From an uncultured virus (IMG/VR IMGVR_UViG_3300025108_000038) (taxonomy: Duplodnaviria; Heunggongvirae; Uroviricota; Caudoviricetes; Crassvirales), in the IMG/VR virus record IMGVR_UViG_3300025108_000038: a stretch of 64,000 nucleotides of DNA. One strand, 5' to 3'. The position numbers and the translations under genes are program-made. Below the pieces are notes generated by a model, which was not told where the DNA came from, made no database searches, and worked only from the letters and a program-made list of their open reading frames with translations. Shown piece after piece: positions 45,660 to 55,287 of this stretch. Numbering within the stretch: the stretch's first letter is position 1; every line of letters starts with the position of its first letter.

Positions 45660-45889
45660 TGGGAGAGCTAAAGAAATGGCGTGAGCAGAATTGGGTTAGA
45701 ATAGGCACTGATGGAAAAATCAAAGGCAAGTGTGGCACTTCTAAAAATAAGAAGAATCCAGATAGATGTTTGCCATTATCAAAAGCCAGAAGATTATCGA
45801 AAAGTAAACTTAGAGCTACTGCGAAAAAAAAGAAAAGAGAAGGAGCTAAAGGAAAACAGTTTGTTAGAAACGTAAAAGGAGTAAGGTAA
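45659..45889 (+). CDS. Small basic protein (DUF5872-like)
   Basis: GELKKWREQNWV...CG...RCLP. Confidence 0.6.
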   Translation: MGELKKWREQNWVRIGTDGKIKGKCGTSKNKKNPDRCLPLSKARRLSKSKLRATAKKKKREGAKGKQFVRNVKGVR

Positions 45890-46170
45890 TGGCAATAAGA
45901 AAAACTACAAAAGGTAAAAACGCTAATTATAGAGCTACTAAAAAAGGTGCAGGCATGACTAAAAAAGGAGTTGCCGCGTACAGAAGAGCTAATCCAGGCA
46001 GTAAGTTAAAAACCGCTGTTACTGGAAAAGTAAAGCCTGGGAGTAAAAGAGCTAAAAGAAGAAAATCTTATTGCGCAAGATCATTAGGTCAACTAAAAAG
46101 ATCAAGCGCTAAAACACAAAATGATCCTAACTCAAGAATAAGACAAGCAAGAAAACGCTGGAAGTGCTAA
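45889..46170 (+). CDS. Small basic protein
   Basis: ANPGSKLK...RRKSYCARS...ARKRWKC. Confidence 0.65.
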   Translation: MAIRKTTKGKNANYRATKKGAGMTKKGVAAYRRANPGSKLKTAVTGKVKPGSKRAKRRKSYCARSLGQLKRSSAKTQNDPNSRIRQARKRWKC

Positions 46171-46186
46171 CTTAAAACATATAAAA

Positions 46187-46582
46187 ATGAAAAAAATATT
46201 AAACTGGTTTGGTAGTAATGTTCTAAAAGATTTATTAGGAGGTTTAGACAAGTTATTTACTTCTAAAGAAGAAAAGATTAAAGCGGAAGCATTAATAAAA
46301 GAAATTATTTTAAGTAAGCAATTAGAGCTACAAAGAATGCAAGCTGATATTATTATTGCAGAAGCAAAGGGTAATTGGCTTCAAAGAAGCTGGAGACCTG
46401 TTCTTATGTTGTGTTTTGGTTTTATAGTTATGTATGTAAAGTTTTTTGCACCTTTATTTGGGTGGCAAATTCCTGAGTTAGAAAATGAATTTTGGAACTT
46501 GCTACAATTAGGTATAGGAGGTTATGTTGTTGGTAGAAGTGCTGAAAAAATATCTAAGAATATCACCATTTCTAAAAAATAA
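46187..46582 (+). CDS. Holin of the GTA-holin/3TM type
   Basis: LFTSKEEK, WLQRSWRP, two TM segments, GGYVVGRSAEK. Confidence 0.75.
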   Translation: MKKILNWFGSNVLKDLLGGLDKLFTSKEEKIKAEALIKEIILSKQLELQRMQADIIIAEAKGNWLQRSWRPVLMLCFGFIVMYVKFFAPLFGWQIPELENEFWNLLQLGIGGYVVGRSAEKISKNITISKK

Positions 46583-46600
46583 ACATAGAAAAAAAAAGAT

Positions 46601-46608
46601 TAACTTTG
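46601..46608 (+). promoter_or_regulatory. -7 promoter element TAACTTTG
   Basis: TAnnTTTG upstream of the fibre operon. Confidence 0.65.
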
Positions 46609-46632
46609 TATTTGTAAAAACAAGCAAATTAA

Positions 46633-47343
46633 ATGGCAAGAATAAGTACATACGGAAATGACACCAATGTTGTAGGGGCTGATAAATGGATTGGATCTGA
46701 CTCTCAGAACAACATGGAGACTAAGAATTTTACTGCTCAAGCTGTTGCTGATTTTATTAATAAAACTGGAGGACAAGCTCAAAATCTTCGATATACTTAT
46801 AATGACACAACAGGATATGAAACAGGAACTCTTTCTTTTGTAAATGGAGGAGCTGCGGATGTTTTATTAAGTAGTATTACTACTATAGAGGCAGGTATAT
46901 ACGATCAGAGAAGTGAAACATTAGATATATCTGAATTTATAACAGGAGCATTAGATCAGTCTGAAATATTATTAACTGATTGTACAGATATAGCTAACTG
47001 GGCAATATATGCTGTTACTTCTGCTGTAAAAGGCGCAAATTTTAAAGTGACTTTAGATTTAACATTTAAGGCAGGGGGTGGGAGCTTAATCGCAAATAAA
47101 GATTATTTCATATCTTTGCTAAAGTATGATAATATTGGTGGTGGAGATTTAAATTTCACAGTAGGAATACCTGGAAACAGTCTCACTTATTTAATAACTC
47201 ATAATTTAAATAAATTCCCAGCAGTTTCTGTTTTTGAAGACGGAACTCAAAAGGAAATATTTGGAGAAGTAACATATAATAATTTAAACCAGTGTACTTT
47301 AACTTTTACAAGTTTAGTTACTGGAACAGCAACATTTAATTAA
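46633..47343 (+). CDS. Virion structural/fibre-associated protein
   Basis: MARISTY start; ITHNLNKFPAV module. Confidence 0.55.
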   Translation: MARISTYGNDTNVVGADKWIGSDSQNNMETKNFTAQAVADFINKTGGQAQNLRYTYNDTTGYETGTLSFVNGGAADVLLSSITTIEAGIYDQRSETLDISEFITGALDQSEILLTDCTDIANWAIYAVTSAVKGANFKVTLDLTFKAGGGSLIANKDYFISLLKYDNIGGGDLNFTVGIPGNSLTYLITHNLNKFPAVSVFEDGTQKEIFGEVTYNNLNQCTLTFTSLVTGTATFN

Positions 47344-47354
47344 AAAAAAGAATT

Positions 47355-49901
47355 ATGGCAATAGGGTATTTAACTAACATTGATCTTAACAATAATCAGG
47401 TCAAAGATTTTAAGATCGACAACGTAACCTCAGATCCAACAGGATTAGCTGGTGAAGGACAAATGATATATAGAACTGATACTAATCAGATGAAGTATCA
47501 TACAGGTTCTAATAACTGGGTGGCGTTTGGAACAAGCGGAGGTACAGTTACTTCTATTAATTTAGGGAGTAGTACATCTACAATTAGTGTATCTGGAGGC
47601 CCTATTACTACAAGTGGAACTATACAAGTTAATTTACCAACTTCTGGAGTTACAGCAGGATCATATACAAGCGCTGACATTACAGTTAATGCTTATGGTA
47701 TAATCACCGCTGCTTCTGATGGTGGAGCAGGAACAATGAGTAACTGGTCATTAACAGCTGATTCAGGAGGAACTGCTACAATATCAGATGGTGATACAGT
47801 TGATATTTCTGGTAGCACTTATATAACTACACTAAGAAGTGGAGACAATGTAAGTATAGCTCATGATGCTACTTCAAGATCAAATACAACGTCTACTGGC
47901 GCGCCAGCTGCTGGAGCAACTTTTACTGCAATTGATTCTGTAGTCACAAACTCAACAGGTCACGTAACTGGTGTTAATACAAAAACAGTTACTATGCCAG
48001 CTGATCAACAAGGAGTTACTTCTGTTGCAACTGGGAACGGAATATCAGGTGGAACAATAACCTCAACAGGTACTTTAACTGTTGGAGCTGGAGCTGGTTT
48101 ATCACAATCATCTACAGGATTATTAGTAGACTATTTAGGAACTGATAATGTTATATTATCTGCTGCTGATGGTGTTACAACACCAATAACTGTAGCCGCT
48201 GGAGATAGAATAATGATAAGTGACGCTACGGATAACAATGTTAAATATGTAAACATATCACAATTAACCGCAGCTGTTGGTGGAGGTACAGTTACTTCTG
48301 TAAATGTAAAAACAGATGGTACTTCTTTAAATGTTGCGTCTAATAGTATTACTTCGAGCGGAACAATGACAATGGTTTGGCAAGGTAGCACTTCTCAGTA
48401 TGTTAATGGTGCTGGAGATTTAGTAACTTTCCCATCTATTCCAACAGTAGGGAATGGAACGCTAACAGTACAAGGTACAGGAGCATTAGGTGGTTCTGGA
48501 ACATTTACAGCTAATCAATCAGGTAATACAACTATATCTGTAACTCATGACAATTTTACAGATACAGAAACTACAGACACTGCTGCTTTATCATTTGGGG
48601 GAACATTTGATGCGTATACAGAAGTAACAACTAATGCAACAGGACACGTTACAGGACATGAGGTAACAACATTTACACTTCCTGCTAATCCAAATGTAAA
48701 TACAACTTCTTTACCAGTTAAAAATAGTGGAGGAACTACACAGTTTACATCTACTGAAACAACAGGTGTTAGATTTGCAGGTTCAGGCGCTACATCAGTA
48801 GCATTTGCTCCTGGAACTCAAAAAGTTACAATCAGTTCAACTGACAATAACGAAACATATACTTTACCAGTTGCTTCTGGTGGTAGCAACTCTGCTGCAA
48901 TACAATTAACAGCTGGTGGTACTGGTTCAGGTGTAAAATCAACTGTTACATTTAATGGTACTACAAACGAAATACAGGTTACGGAATCTACTGGAAATAA
49001 TGGTAGTGTTACTATTGGTTTACCAAATGACGTTACAATCACTTCTGACTTAACGGTTGGAGATAATTTAACGCTAACAAGTGGTAACTTAAGTGTTACA
49101 GGTACAGGTTCTTTTACAGGACAAGTAACAATTCCTGTGACTCCAACAGCATCAGCTCACGCAGCTTCTAAGAGTTATGTAGACTCTACGCTGGCAGGTT
49201 CAGGAGCTTTAATATTCCAAGGTGGATATAACGCAGCAACTAACACGCCTGATTTAGATGTTTCTCCAAGTGCATCTATTAAACAAGGTTGGACATATGC
49301 AGTAACAGCAGCTGGTAACTTTTTTGGAGAAGCAGTTGAAGATGGTGATTTACTTATTGCAGAATCAGACTCTCCAACAGCATTATCTGATTGGACAGTT
49401 GTTCAGAATAATATTGGCGTTGCAACCGATGGGGCTACAGACGGAGGAACAACTAAAGGTATAGCAGGATTTGATAGCGGAAGTTTTGGAGTTAGTACAA
49501 ATGGATGGGTAACATTAAAACCTCGAAGCACGTCAGGTACTTACGGAGATGCTAACGAAACAGTAACTCTTACAGTTAATAACGCTGGTATTATTACTTC
49601 AGCTTCAGAACAAGCAATTGCAATAACAGCATCTCAGGTAACTGATTTCTGTAATGCAGTCGATACTTGTGTTGCTGATAACGGAGTAACTGCAAATATT
49701 GGAGACGGAACTGCTGTTGCTTACCAAATAAATCATAACTTAGGCACAAGAAATGTAATTGTTTCATGCTACAGAAACTCTGCGCCATACGATACAGTAA
49801 TGTTAGATGTTGAGAGAACAAGTACAAATCAGGTTACTTTAAGAACAACAACTGCTTTAGCTTCTAACGCTGTTTCAGTTATTATTACAAAAGTAACATA
49901 G
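47355..49901 (+). CDS. Tail fibre-like protein
   Basis: 848 aa, T/G/S-rich; GTVTS, TGHVTG, AASKSYVD and NHNLGTR motifs. Confidence 0.7.
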   Translation: MAIGYLTNIDLNNNQVKDFKIDNVTSDPTGLAGEGQMIYRTDTNQMKYHTGSNNWVAFGTSGGTVTSINLGSSTSTISVSGGPITTSGTIQVNLPTSGVTAGSYTSADITVNAYGIITAASDGGAGTMSNWSLTADSGGTATISDGDTVDISGSTYITTLRSGDNVSIAHDATSRSNTTSTGAPAAGATFTAIDSVVTNSTGHVTGVNTKTVTMPADQQGVTSVATGNGISGGTITSTGTLTVGAGAGLSQSSTGLLVDYLGTDNVILSAADGVTTPITVAAGDRIMISDATDNNVKYVNISQLTAAVGGGTVTSVNVKTDGTSLNVASNSITSSGTMTMVWQGSTSQYVNGAGDLVTFPSIPTVGNGTLTVQGTGALGGSGTFTANQSGNTTISVTHDNFTDTETTDTAALSFGGTFDAYTEVTTNATGHVTGHEVTTFTLPANPNVNTTSLPVKNSGGTTQFTSTETTGVRFAGSGATSVAFAPGTQKVTISSTDNNETYTLPVASGGSNSAAIQLTAGGTGSGVKSTVTFNGTTNEIQVTESTGNNGSVTIGLPNDVTITSDLTVGDNLTLTSGNLSVTGTGSFTGQVTIPVTPTASAHAASKSYVDSTLAGSGALIFQGGYNAATNTPDLDVSPSASIKQGWTYAVTAAGNFFGEAVEDGDLLIAESDSPTALSDWTVVQNNIGVATDGATDGGTTKGIAGFDSGSFGVSTNGWVTLKPRSTSGTYGDANETVTLTVNNAGIITSASEQAIAITASQVTDFCNAVDTCVADNGVTANIGDGTAVAYQINHNLGTRNVIVSCYRNSAPYDTVMLDVERTSTNQVTLRTTTALASNAVSVIITKVT

Positions 49902-49934
49902 TAGTATGTAACCTTTTAAAATAAATTCAATAAT

Positions 49935-52718
49935 ATGGCCATTAGTTTTTTAACAGGCGAATCTGTAGATGGATTAATAACAGCCAATGAAGGTGTTCAG
50001 TTTTCTGGCGGTTCTATTGGCACAGCAAAGACTGTCTTACACACAAATAATGTGATATATTCACGAGGTGGTAGTGGGGGTATGTTCTTACAAAACTCAG
50101 ACGGTAGCGATGGTATATTTATAGCAAACGATCACGTTAGGGTTGAAACAAATAGTTCAGAACGATTACGCATTGACAATTCAGGTGATTCAACTTTTAC
50201 AGGAAATGTAAACGTTGGTGGTGATGCGACTTTTAATGCTGGTGTTGTTAAGAAAGGTTCGGGTGGATATTACTTGCAAACAAGCGGTGGTGCTTTTAGA
50301 GCTGCTTTTTGGGATAATGGTAGTGAAACAGCCATTTTTGCAGATGGTAATGGTTCAACAGCTGCTTTAGTAATAAATGATAATAATACAACTTTTGCAG
50401 GTGATATTACAGTATCTGGCGGTGATATTGTCTTAGGTGGTACAGGAAGAATACAAGGAGTAGATACAGTAAGTGCTAATACAGATGCAGCGAACAAGCT
50501 GTACGTTGATAACGCTATAGCAGGTACATCGCAAGGTACTGTAACAAGTGTAACTGCAGGTGATGGTATGACACAAAGTGGTACTTCAACTGTTAATCCA
50601 ACATTAAATGTTGTTGGAGGTGATGGTATAACCGCTAATGCAAACGATGTTGAAATAACGCCTGCTCAAACAACTATAACAAGTATACACAACACTGGTT
50701 TAGAAATTGGTGGCGCTACTGGTGTAAACGAGATTAGTTTTGGTGCAGGAAAAATAGCATTTTCAGCTAATAGTACCAACGTATACCATGTATATAGTGG
50801 TGGTGTTAGACCTTCTTCAAATAACACAATGACACTTGGTACGTCTGGGCAGAAGTGGTCATCAGTATACGCAACAACATTTTTAGGTTCTTTAAATGGT
50901 ACGATAAATACTGCTACGACAGGAGTAACACAATCACAAGGAAATAATAGCACGAAAATAGCTACAACCGCTTATGTAGACAGTTATAATAGTGGAGTGC
51001 AAACTATCAATGAAGGAGTTGGTATAAAAAAATCAGGTACAGCTTCAAGTGTTACTATTTCTGCAAATTACGATTCTGGAGATACTGATAATTTAATATT
51101 TGGAGCTAACTTTTATGCGTCTGCTGTTGGAGCAAAACCATATACTCCATATATAATAGCCTCAGAATCTAATCCTGGAGTTACCTTCGGAGAGGTTAAA
51201 AACATTAGACTACAAGCTATACCTTTAGATCGCTTTGGAGATGCTACAAGCACTATCGACATGGGAGGAAATAAAATCCTTGATGTCGCTAATCCAACTT
51301 CAGCTCAAGACGCAGCTACAAAAGCATACGTAGATGCAAACTCAGGTTCAGGTACTGTAACAGGGACTGGATCAAATACTCGTGTAGCTTTTTGGAGTAG
51401 CAGTTCAGCCTTAACGTCTGATGCAGATTTAACATTTGCTACTGCAACCAATAGATTATCTTCAGGTAGTTATATAATAAAAAACAATGGTAGTTATTTA
51501 GGAACAGATACAAGTGGTTCAGCAAGAACATTAATTACGTTAGACAACAGCAATAATGTTGAAGTTTCACACTCAGCTTTATCGTTAAATTCTGATACTA
51601 ATATATATTTTGGAGATAATTTTAGGGTAAAAGATGGAGGTAATACTCGACTTTTAATACAGTCAAATGGTACTATGTCTAACGGAGGAAATACATTTAA
51701 TTGTGGCCCAATAAATTTAGAGGAAGACAATAAAATTACATTTGATGATGATGGTGATCAATGGAATTGGATTCAGGCTACAGGCGGCGAAATGGAAATG
51801 GCAGTTGGTCAAACGCTAACATTAACAAACGAAGAAGAAAATCTGTATGGTGAAATAGCAGTACAGCACCTAAACACCATTATTGGTGATAATATAACTA
51901 ATAGTAATGCTACATACCTACCTGTTTATACAGACTCAGCGAGTACCACAACTCCAAGAAGAGAAAGGATTCAAACACCAAGCACATTTTTAGCAAATGC
52001 AGGGGGTGTAACAGGTAATGGGACAAGCGGAAGGGTAGCTTTTTTTACAGCAGGCAGAAACATCAATTCTGATACTTTATATTGGAACTCAAGCACTAAT
52101 GTTTTAGGTATAAACTACAGTGGATCTACATTTAATCAAGGAGCATTGCAAATACAAGGGCCTACATCAAACACAGGTCAAATAGGTTTACAAATATATA
52201 ATTCTACATTCGGTTCACCTTATGGCTCGCATGGTATATTTGTTAATGGGCCAAGATATGGAAACGCTGGTATATCTATTAAAAATCCAAATGTAGGAAC
52301 TACATTCATGAGGTTTTACAATAGTTCTGGATCTACTTGTGGTACTATAACTCAAAACGGAACTTCAAGCACGTCTTTTAATACAAGTTCTGATTATAGG
52401 TTAAAGGAGAATATTATACCTATGACTGGTTCAATAGACAGATTAAAGCAGTTAAAGCCATCTAAGTTTAATTTTATTAATAAGGATAATTTAACTAAGG
52501 AAGCAACTCCAACTGTTGACGGATTTATAGCTCATGAGGTTTCTGATATTATTCCAGAGGCTATTACAGGAGAAAAAGACGGATTAGATTATGAAGGTAA
52601 TCCTGAGTATCAATCAATTGATCAATCAAAAATAGTTCCTTTATTAACAGGAGCATTACAAGAAGCTATATCTAAAATAGAATCTTTAGAAGCAAGAATA
52701 AAAGCATTGGAATCATAA
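49935..52718 (+). CDS. Tail fibre with C-terminal peptidase S74 intramolecular chaperone
   Basis: SSDYRLKENI, GFIAHEV, terminal coiled coil; DAATKAYVD repeats. Confidence 0.85.
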   Translation: MAISFLTGESVDGLITANEGVQFSGGSIGTAKTVLHTNNVIYSRGGSGGMFLQNSDGSDGIFIANDHVRVETNSSERLRIDNSGDSTFTGNVNVGGDATFNAGVVKKGSGGYYLQTSGGAFRAAFWDNGSETAIFADGNGSTAALVINDNNTTFAGDITVSGGDIVLGGTGRIQGVDTVSANTDAANKLYVDNAIAGTSQGTVTSVTAGDGMTQSGTSTVNPTLNVVGGDGITANANDVEITPAQTTITSIHNTGLEIGGATGVNEISFGAGKIAFSANSTNVYHVYSGGVRPSSNNTMTLGTSGQKWSSVYATTFLGSLNGTINTATTGVTQSQGNNSTKIATTAYVDSYNSGVQTINEGVGIKKSGTASSVTISANYDSGDTDNLIFGANFYASAVGAKPYTPYIIASESNPGVTFGEVKNIRLQAIPLDRFGDATSTIDMGGNKILDVANPTSAQDAATKAYVDANSGSGTVTGTGSNTRVAFWSSSSALTSDADLTFATATNRLSSGSYIIKNNGSYLGTDTSGSARTLITLDNSNNVEVSHSALSLNSDTNIYFGDNFRVKDGGNTRLLIQSNGTMSNGGNTFNCGPINLEEDNKITFDDDGDQWNWIQATGGEMEMAVGQTLTLTNEEENLYGEIAVQHLNTIIGDNITNSNATYLPVYTDSASTTTPRRERIQTPSTFLANAGGVTGNGTSGRVAFFTAGRNINSDTLYWNSSTNVLGINYSGSTFNQGALQIQGPTSNTGQIGLQIYNSTFGSPYGSHGIFVNGPRYGNAGISIKNPNVGTTFMRFYNSSGSTCGTITQNGTSSTSFNTSSDYRLKENIIPMTGSIDRLKQLKPSKFNFINKDNLTKEATPTVDGFIAHEVSDIIPEAITGEKDGLDYEGNPEYQSIDQSKIVPLLTGALQEAISKIESLEARIKALES

Positions 52719-52730
52719 GAAAAATATTCT

Positions 52731-52738
52731 TATATTTG
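52731..52738 (+). promoter_or_regulatory. -7 promoter element TATATTTG
   Basis: TAnnTTTG upstream of ATG 52769. Confidence 0.65.
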
Positions 52739-52768
52739 TGTTAAGTTTAATAAATAAAATATAATCAA

Positions 52769-53023
52769 ATGTCAAAGCAATTAAGTAAAGAGCAATTAGA
52801 ATTATTACAAGGTTTACAAAAACAATTTAATGATTCAAAATTTGAAATCGCAGATTTAGAAATTAAAAAAGCTGAACTTGTTTCAGGTATAGCTGATATT
52901 AAGGCAAAGTTTGCTGAACAAGAAAAATCTTTAATGGAAGAATTTGGTCAGAATGCAGTTATAAACCTGCAAACTGGAGAAGTTAAAGAACCAGAAGAAA
53001 AACCTTTAGAGGTAGCAGAATAA
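52769..53023 (+). CDS. Small coiled-coil protein
   Basis: 84 aa; ends INLQTGEV. Confidence 0.6.
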   Translation: MSKQLSKEQLELLQGLQKQFNDSKFEIADLEIKKAELVSGIADIKAKFAEQEKSLMEEFGQNAVINLQTGEVKEPEEKPLEVAE

Positions 53024-53029
53024 AAAAAC

Positions 53030-53563
53030 ATGGCAAAAATAAGCAACACATCAGCGTATCCTAATATTAGTAATATTGATGTAGCAGATTATTTAATTAT
53101 AACTGATGCAGAAAATAACTTAATGACTAAAACTTGCACTATATCGCAGTTACAGTCTAATTTTGGGGTTGACACGCTTGTTGCTCATATGGAAGTCACA
53201 GCAGCAGGACTGCAAAGTTTAGCTACAGGTTATAAAATAATTGAAGCTCAAGGAGCTAATAAGGTTATAGATGTAATATCTATTGCTGTGTATGGTCAAT
53301 TCGGTTCTGCGGCTTATGATTTTAGCGATGACTTAGAGTTTGATTGTAATTCTACTGTTTATGCAACTTTAGCAGCTGTAACTGCAAATGGTAGTGCAGA
53401 TTATTCAATGAAACTTAAAGTAGGCGGAGGATCTGGAAATTCTTTAGCTCTTTCTGCTAATCAACCTCTTAGTTTATTTTCCAGTTCTAATCCAACGCAA
53501 GGTGATGGTAAATTATTTGTCAATGTGTTTTATAGAGTCCTAACATTAGGGCCAGCATTTTAA
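53030..53563 (+). CDS. Putative virion structural protein
   Basis: 177 aa; N-terminus similar to 46633 (MAKIS...D.ENN..TK). Confidence 0.55.
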   Translation: MAKISNTSAYPNISNIDVADYLIITDAENNLMTKTCTISQLQSNFGVDTLVAHMEVTAAGLQSLATGYKIIEAQGANKVIDVISIAVYGQFGSAAYDFSDDLEFDCNSTVYATLAAVTANGSADYSMKLKVGGGSGNSLALSANQPLSLFSSSNPTQGDGKLFVNVFYRVLTLGPAF

Positions 53564-53568
53564 ATTAA

Positions 53569-53793
53569 ATGGACATAAGAAAAATTTCAATCGGAGCAGA
53601 TTATAAGTCTGGCGCTATGCATTATATAGTCGGTCAAGATGTTTTAGGTGGAAGCTACGGAATACATCTTATACAACATGACATTCAAGCTAAGTCTTAT
53701 AAAATCTGGATTATGAAGCAGAATGAAGTTTTGCTTTGGAAAGAATTTAAGTGTACCTTACCTATATCTTTAGAATATAATATAAATTTTTAA
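53569..53793 (+). CDS. Conserved hypothetical protein
   Basis: IRKISIGADYKSGAMHYIVGQ. Confidence 0.65.
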   Translation: MDIRKISIGADYKSGAMHYIVGQDVLGGSYGIHLIQHDIQAKSYKIWIMKQNEVLLWKEFKCTLPISLEYNINF

Positions 53794-54356
53794 TGAAATC
53801 TCCTTATTCGTTTATCGTAAAGCCTTATAATAATAAGAGATACGATAATACAAAAGCTTATGGTGATATAAATTTCATTGTAAGCACCTCAGAAGAAGAC
53901 CATAGCGCCTCTAATCGCTATGCGGTAGTAGTATCTACTCCTATAAACTATAAAGGGCCTGTAAAAGAAGGTGATATGCTTTTAGTTCATCATAATGTTT
54001 TTAAGTTTTACTACGATATGTATGGTCGAAGAAAAAGTGGAAAAAGTTTTTTTATGGAAGACTTGTTCCTTGTTGATCCAGATCAATTTTTTTTATATAA
54101 ACAAAATGGAGAATGGAAAGGATATAATAAGTATTGTTTTATAAAACCATCTCCAACTAAAAAATCTTTTATAAAAAAATCAATTACAGAAGAGCCTTTG
54201 TTTGGAACAATAAAATACATTAACGATCAGTTGTTAAGTATGGGCTTGAAAGTTGGCGATGAAATATCTTATCAGCCAGATAGTGAATATGAGTTTAATA
54301 TTGACGGAGAAAGACTCTACAGAATGTTTACCAATAATATAACTTTTTCTTTATGA
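53793..54356 (+). CDS. GroES-like (possibly tandem Cpn10-fold) protein
   Basis: Two halves with GroES-like patterns: FIVKP...AVVVSTP...VKEGDMLL and LKVGDEI...EFNIDGERLYRM. Confidence 0.5.
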   Translation: MKSPYSFIVKPYNNKRYDNTKAYGDINFIVSTSEEDHSASNRYAVVVSTPINYKGPVKEGDMLLVHHNVFKFYYDMYGRRKSGKSFFMEDLFLVDPDQFFLYKQNGEWKGYNKYCFIKPSPTKKSFIKKSITEEPLFGTIKYINDQLLSMGLKVGDEISYQPDSEYEFNIDGERLYRMFTNNITFSL

Positions 54357-54937
54357 TTTATATATTAGATGACTTTGTAGAAAAAAGTTTATTTAAAATA
54401 GCTAATGACTATTTAGATAAAAATACTTTTAATAAAATAAAAGCAGGAGATAAAGATTTTCATATACAGCAATCAAATAAAGAGTTTGATAAATATGTAA
54501 CCTCCAGGCTATCCATGGTAGAGGGTAAAGAAATAAAAAATATTTTAAGTTTTTTTAGAATATCTACAGACTCCTTAGATGTTTCTTGGAGGATTCATTC
54601 TGATTTAAATATTAATGGCGAAAAACCAGACAGAGCTTTAGTGCTTTATTTATCTCCAAGGGAAAAAGAAGATCTTCATGGTACTGCTTTATGGGAACAC
54701 GATATATATGGAAGGGAGATTCCTAAAGAAATAACTGATGAAGATTACGATAAAATGATTAAATTAGATGCTAATAACTTAGACAGGTGGAGATTAAGCA
54801 CAGTAGTTGGTTATGAAGAAAATAGATTAGTTTCTTACCCTTCAAGTTATTTTCATAGCAAATACCCAAATATATCATGGAAAGAAGGAAGAAAAGTTTT
54901 TGTTATGTTTTATAAAGTTTCTGATTATGAAGAATAA
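54353..54937 (+). CDS. 2OG-Fe(II) dioxygenase-like protein
   Basis: ILDDF, IHSD (HxD), VLYLS...GT, NRLVSYP..YFHS...GR. Confidence 0.75.
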   Translation: MIYILDDFVEKSLFKIANDYLDKNTFNKIKAGDKDFHIQQSNKEFDKYVTSRLSMVEGKEIKNILSFFRISTDSLDVSWRIHSDLNINGEKPDRALVLYLSPREKEDLHGTALWEHDIYGREIPKEITDEDYDKMIKLDANNLDRWRLSTVVGYEENRLVSYPSSYFHSKYPNISWKEGRKVFVMFYKVSDYEE

Positions 54938-55011
54938 AAAAGTTGAAAAAAACAACACTGAATGGTATGAGAAGATAGATAAATTAAAACTTAAATATAA
55001 TCGAAATAAAG

Positions 55012-55287
55012 ATGGATATAAAAAACATAAAAAAAGAGATTATAAAAGCTGGTGAGTCAGCTGTTTTGCAATTAATAAAAGTTGCAAAAGAAGATATTAT
55101 TAAGTATGATAAAGATGATGAGCTGGCTGCTGATAGATTGAAAAATGCAGCTGCTACAAAAAAACTTTGTATTATGGATGCTTTTGAAATACTGAAAAAA
55201 ATTCAAGAAGAAAAAGATCAAATAGAAGGAATAGATACTAAAAAAAATAATACACCAAAAGGATTTGCAGAGTCAAGATCAAAATAA
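55012..55287 (+). CDS. Putative terminase small subunit
   Basis: Helical 91 aa directly upstream of and overlapping terL. Confidence 0.5.
   Translation: MDIKNIKKEIIKAGESAVLQLIKVAKEDIIKYDKDDELAADRLKNAAATKKLCIMDAFEILKKIQEEKDQIEGIDTKKNNTPKGFAESRSK

Noticed and set aside
47355..52718. Diversity-generating retroelement or invertible fibre cassette
   Set aside because: No reverse transcriptase, invertase or TR/VR pair seen; repeats are ordinary fibre motifs at protein level
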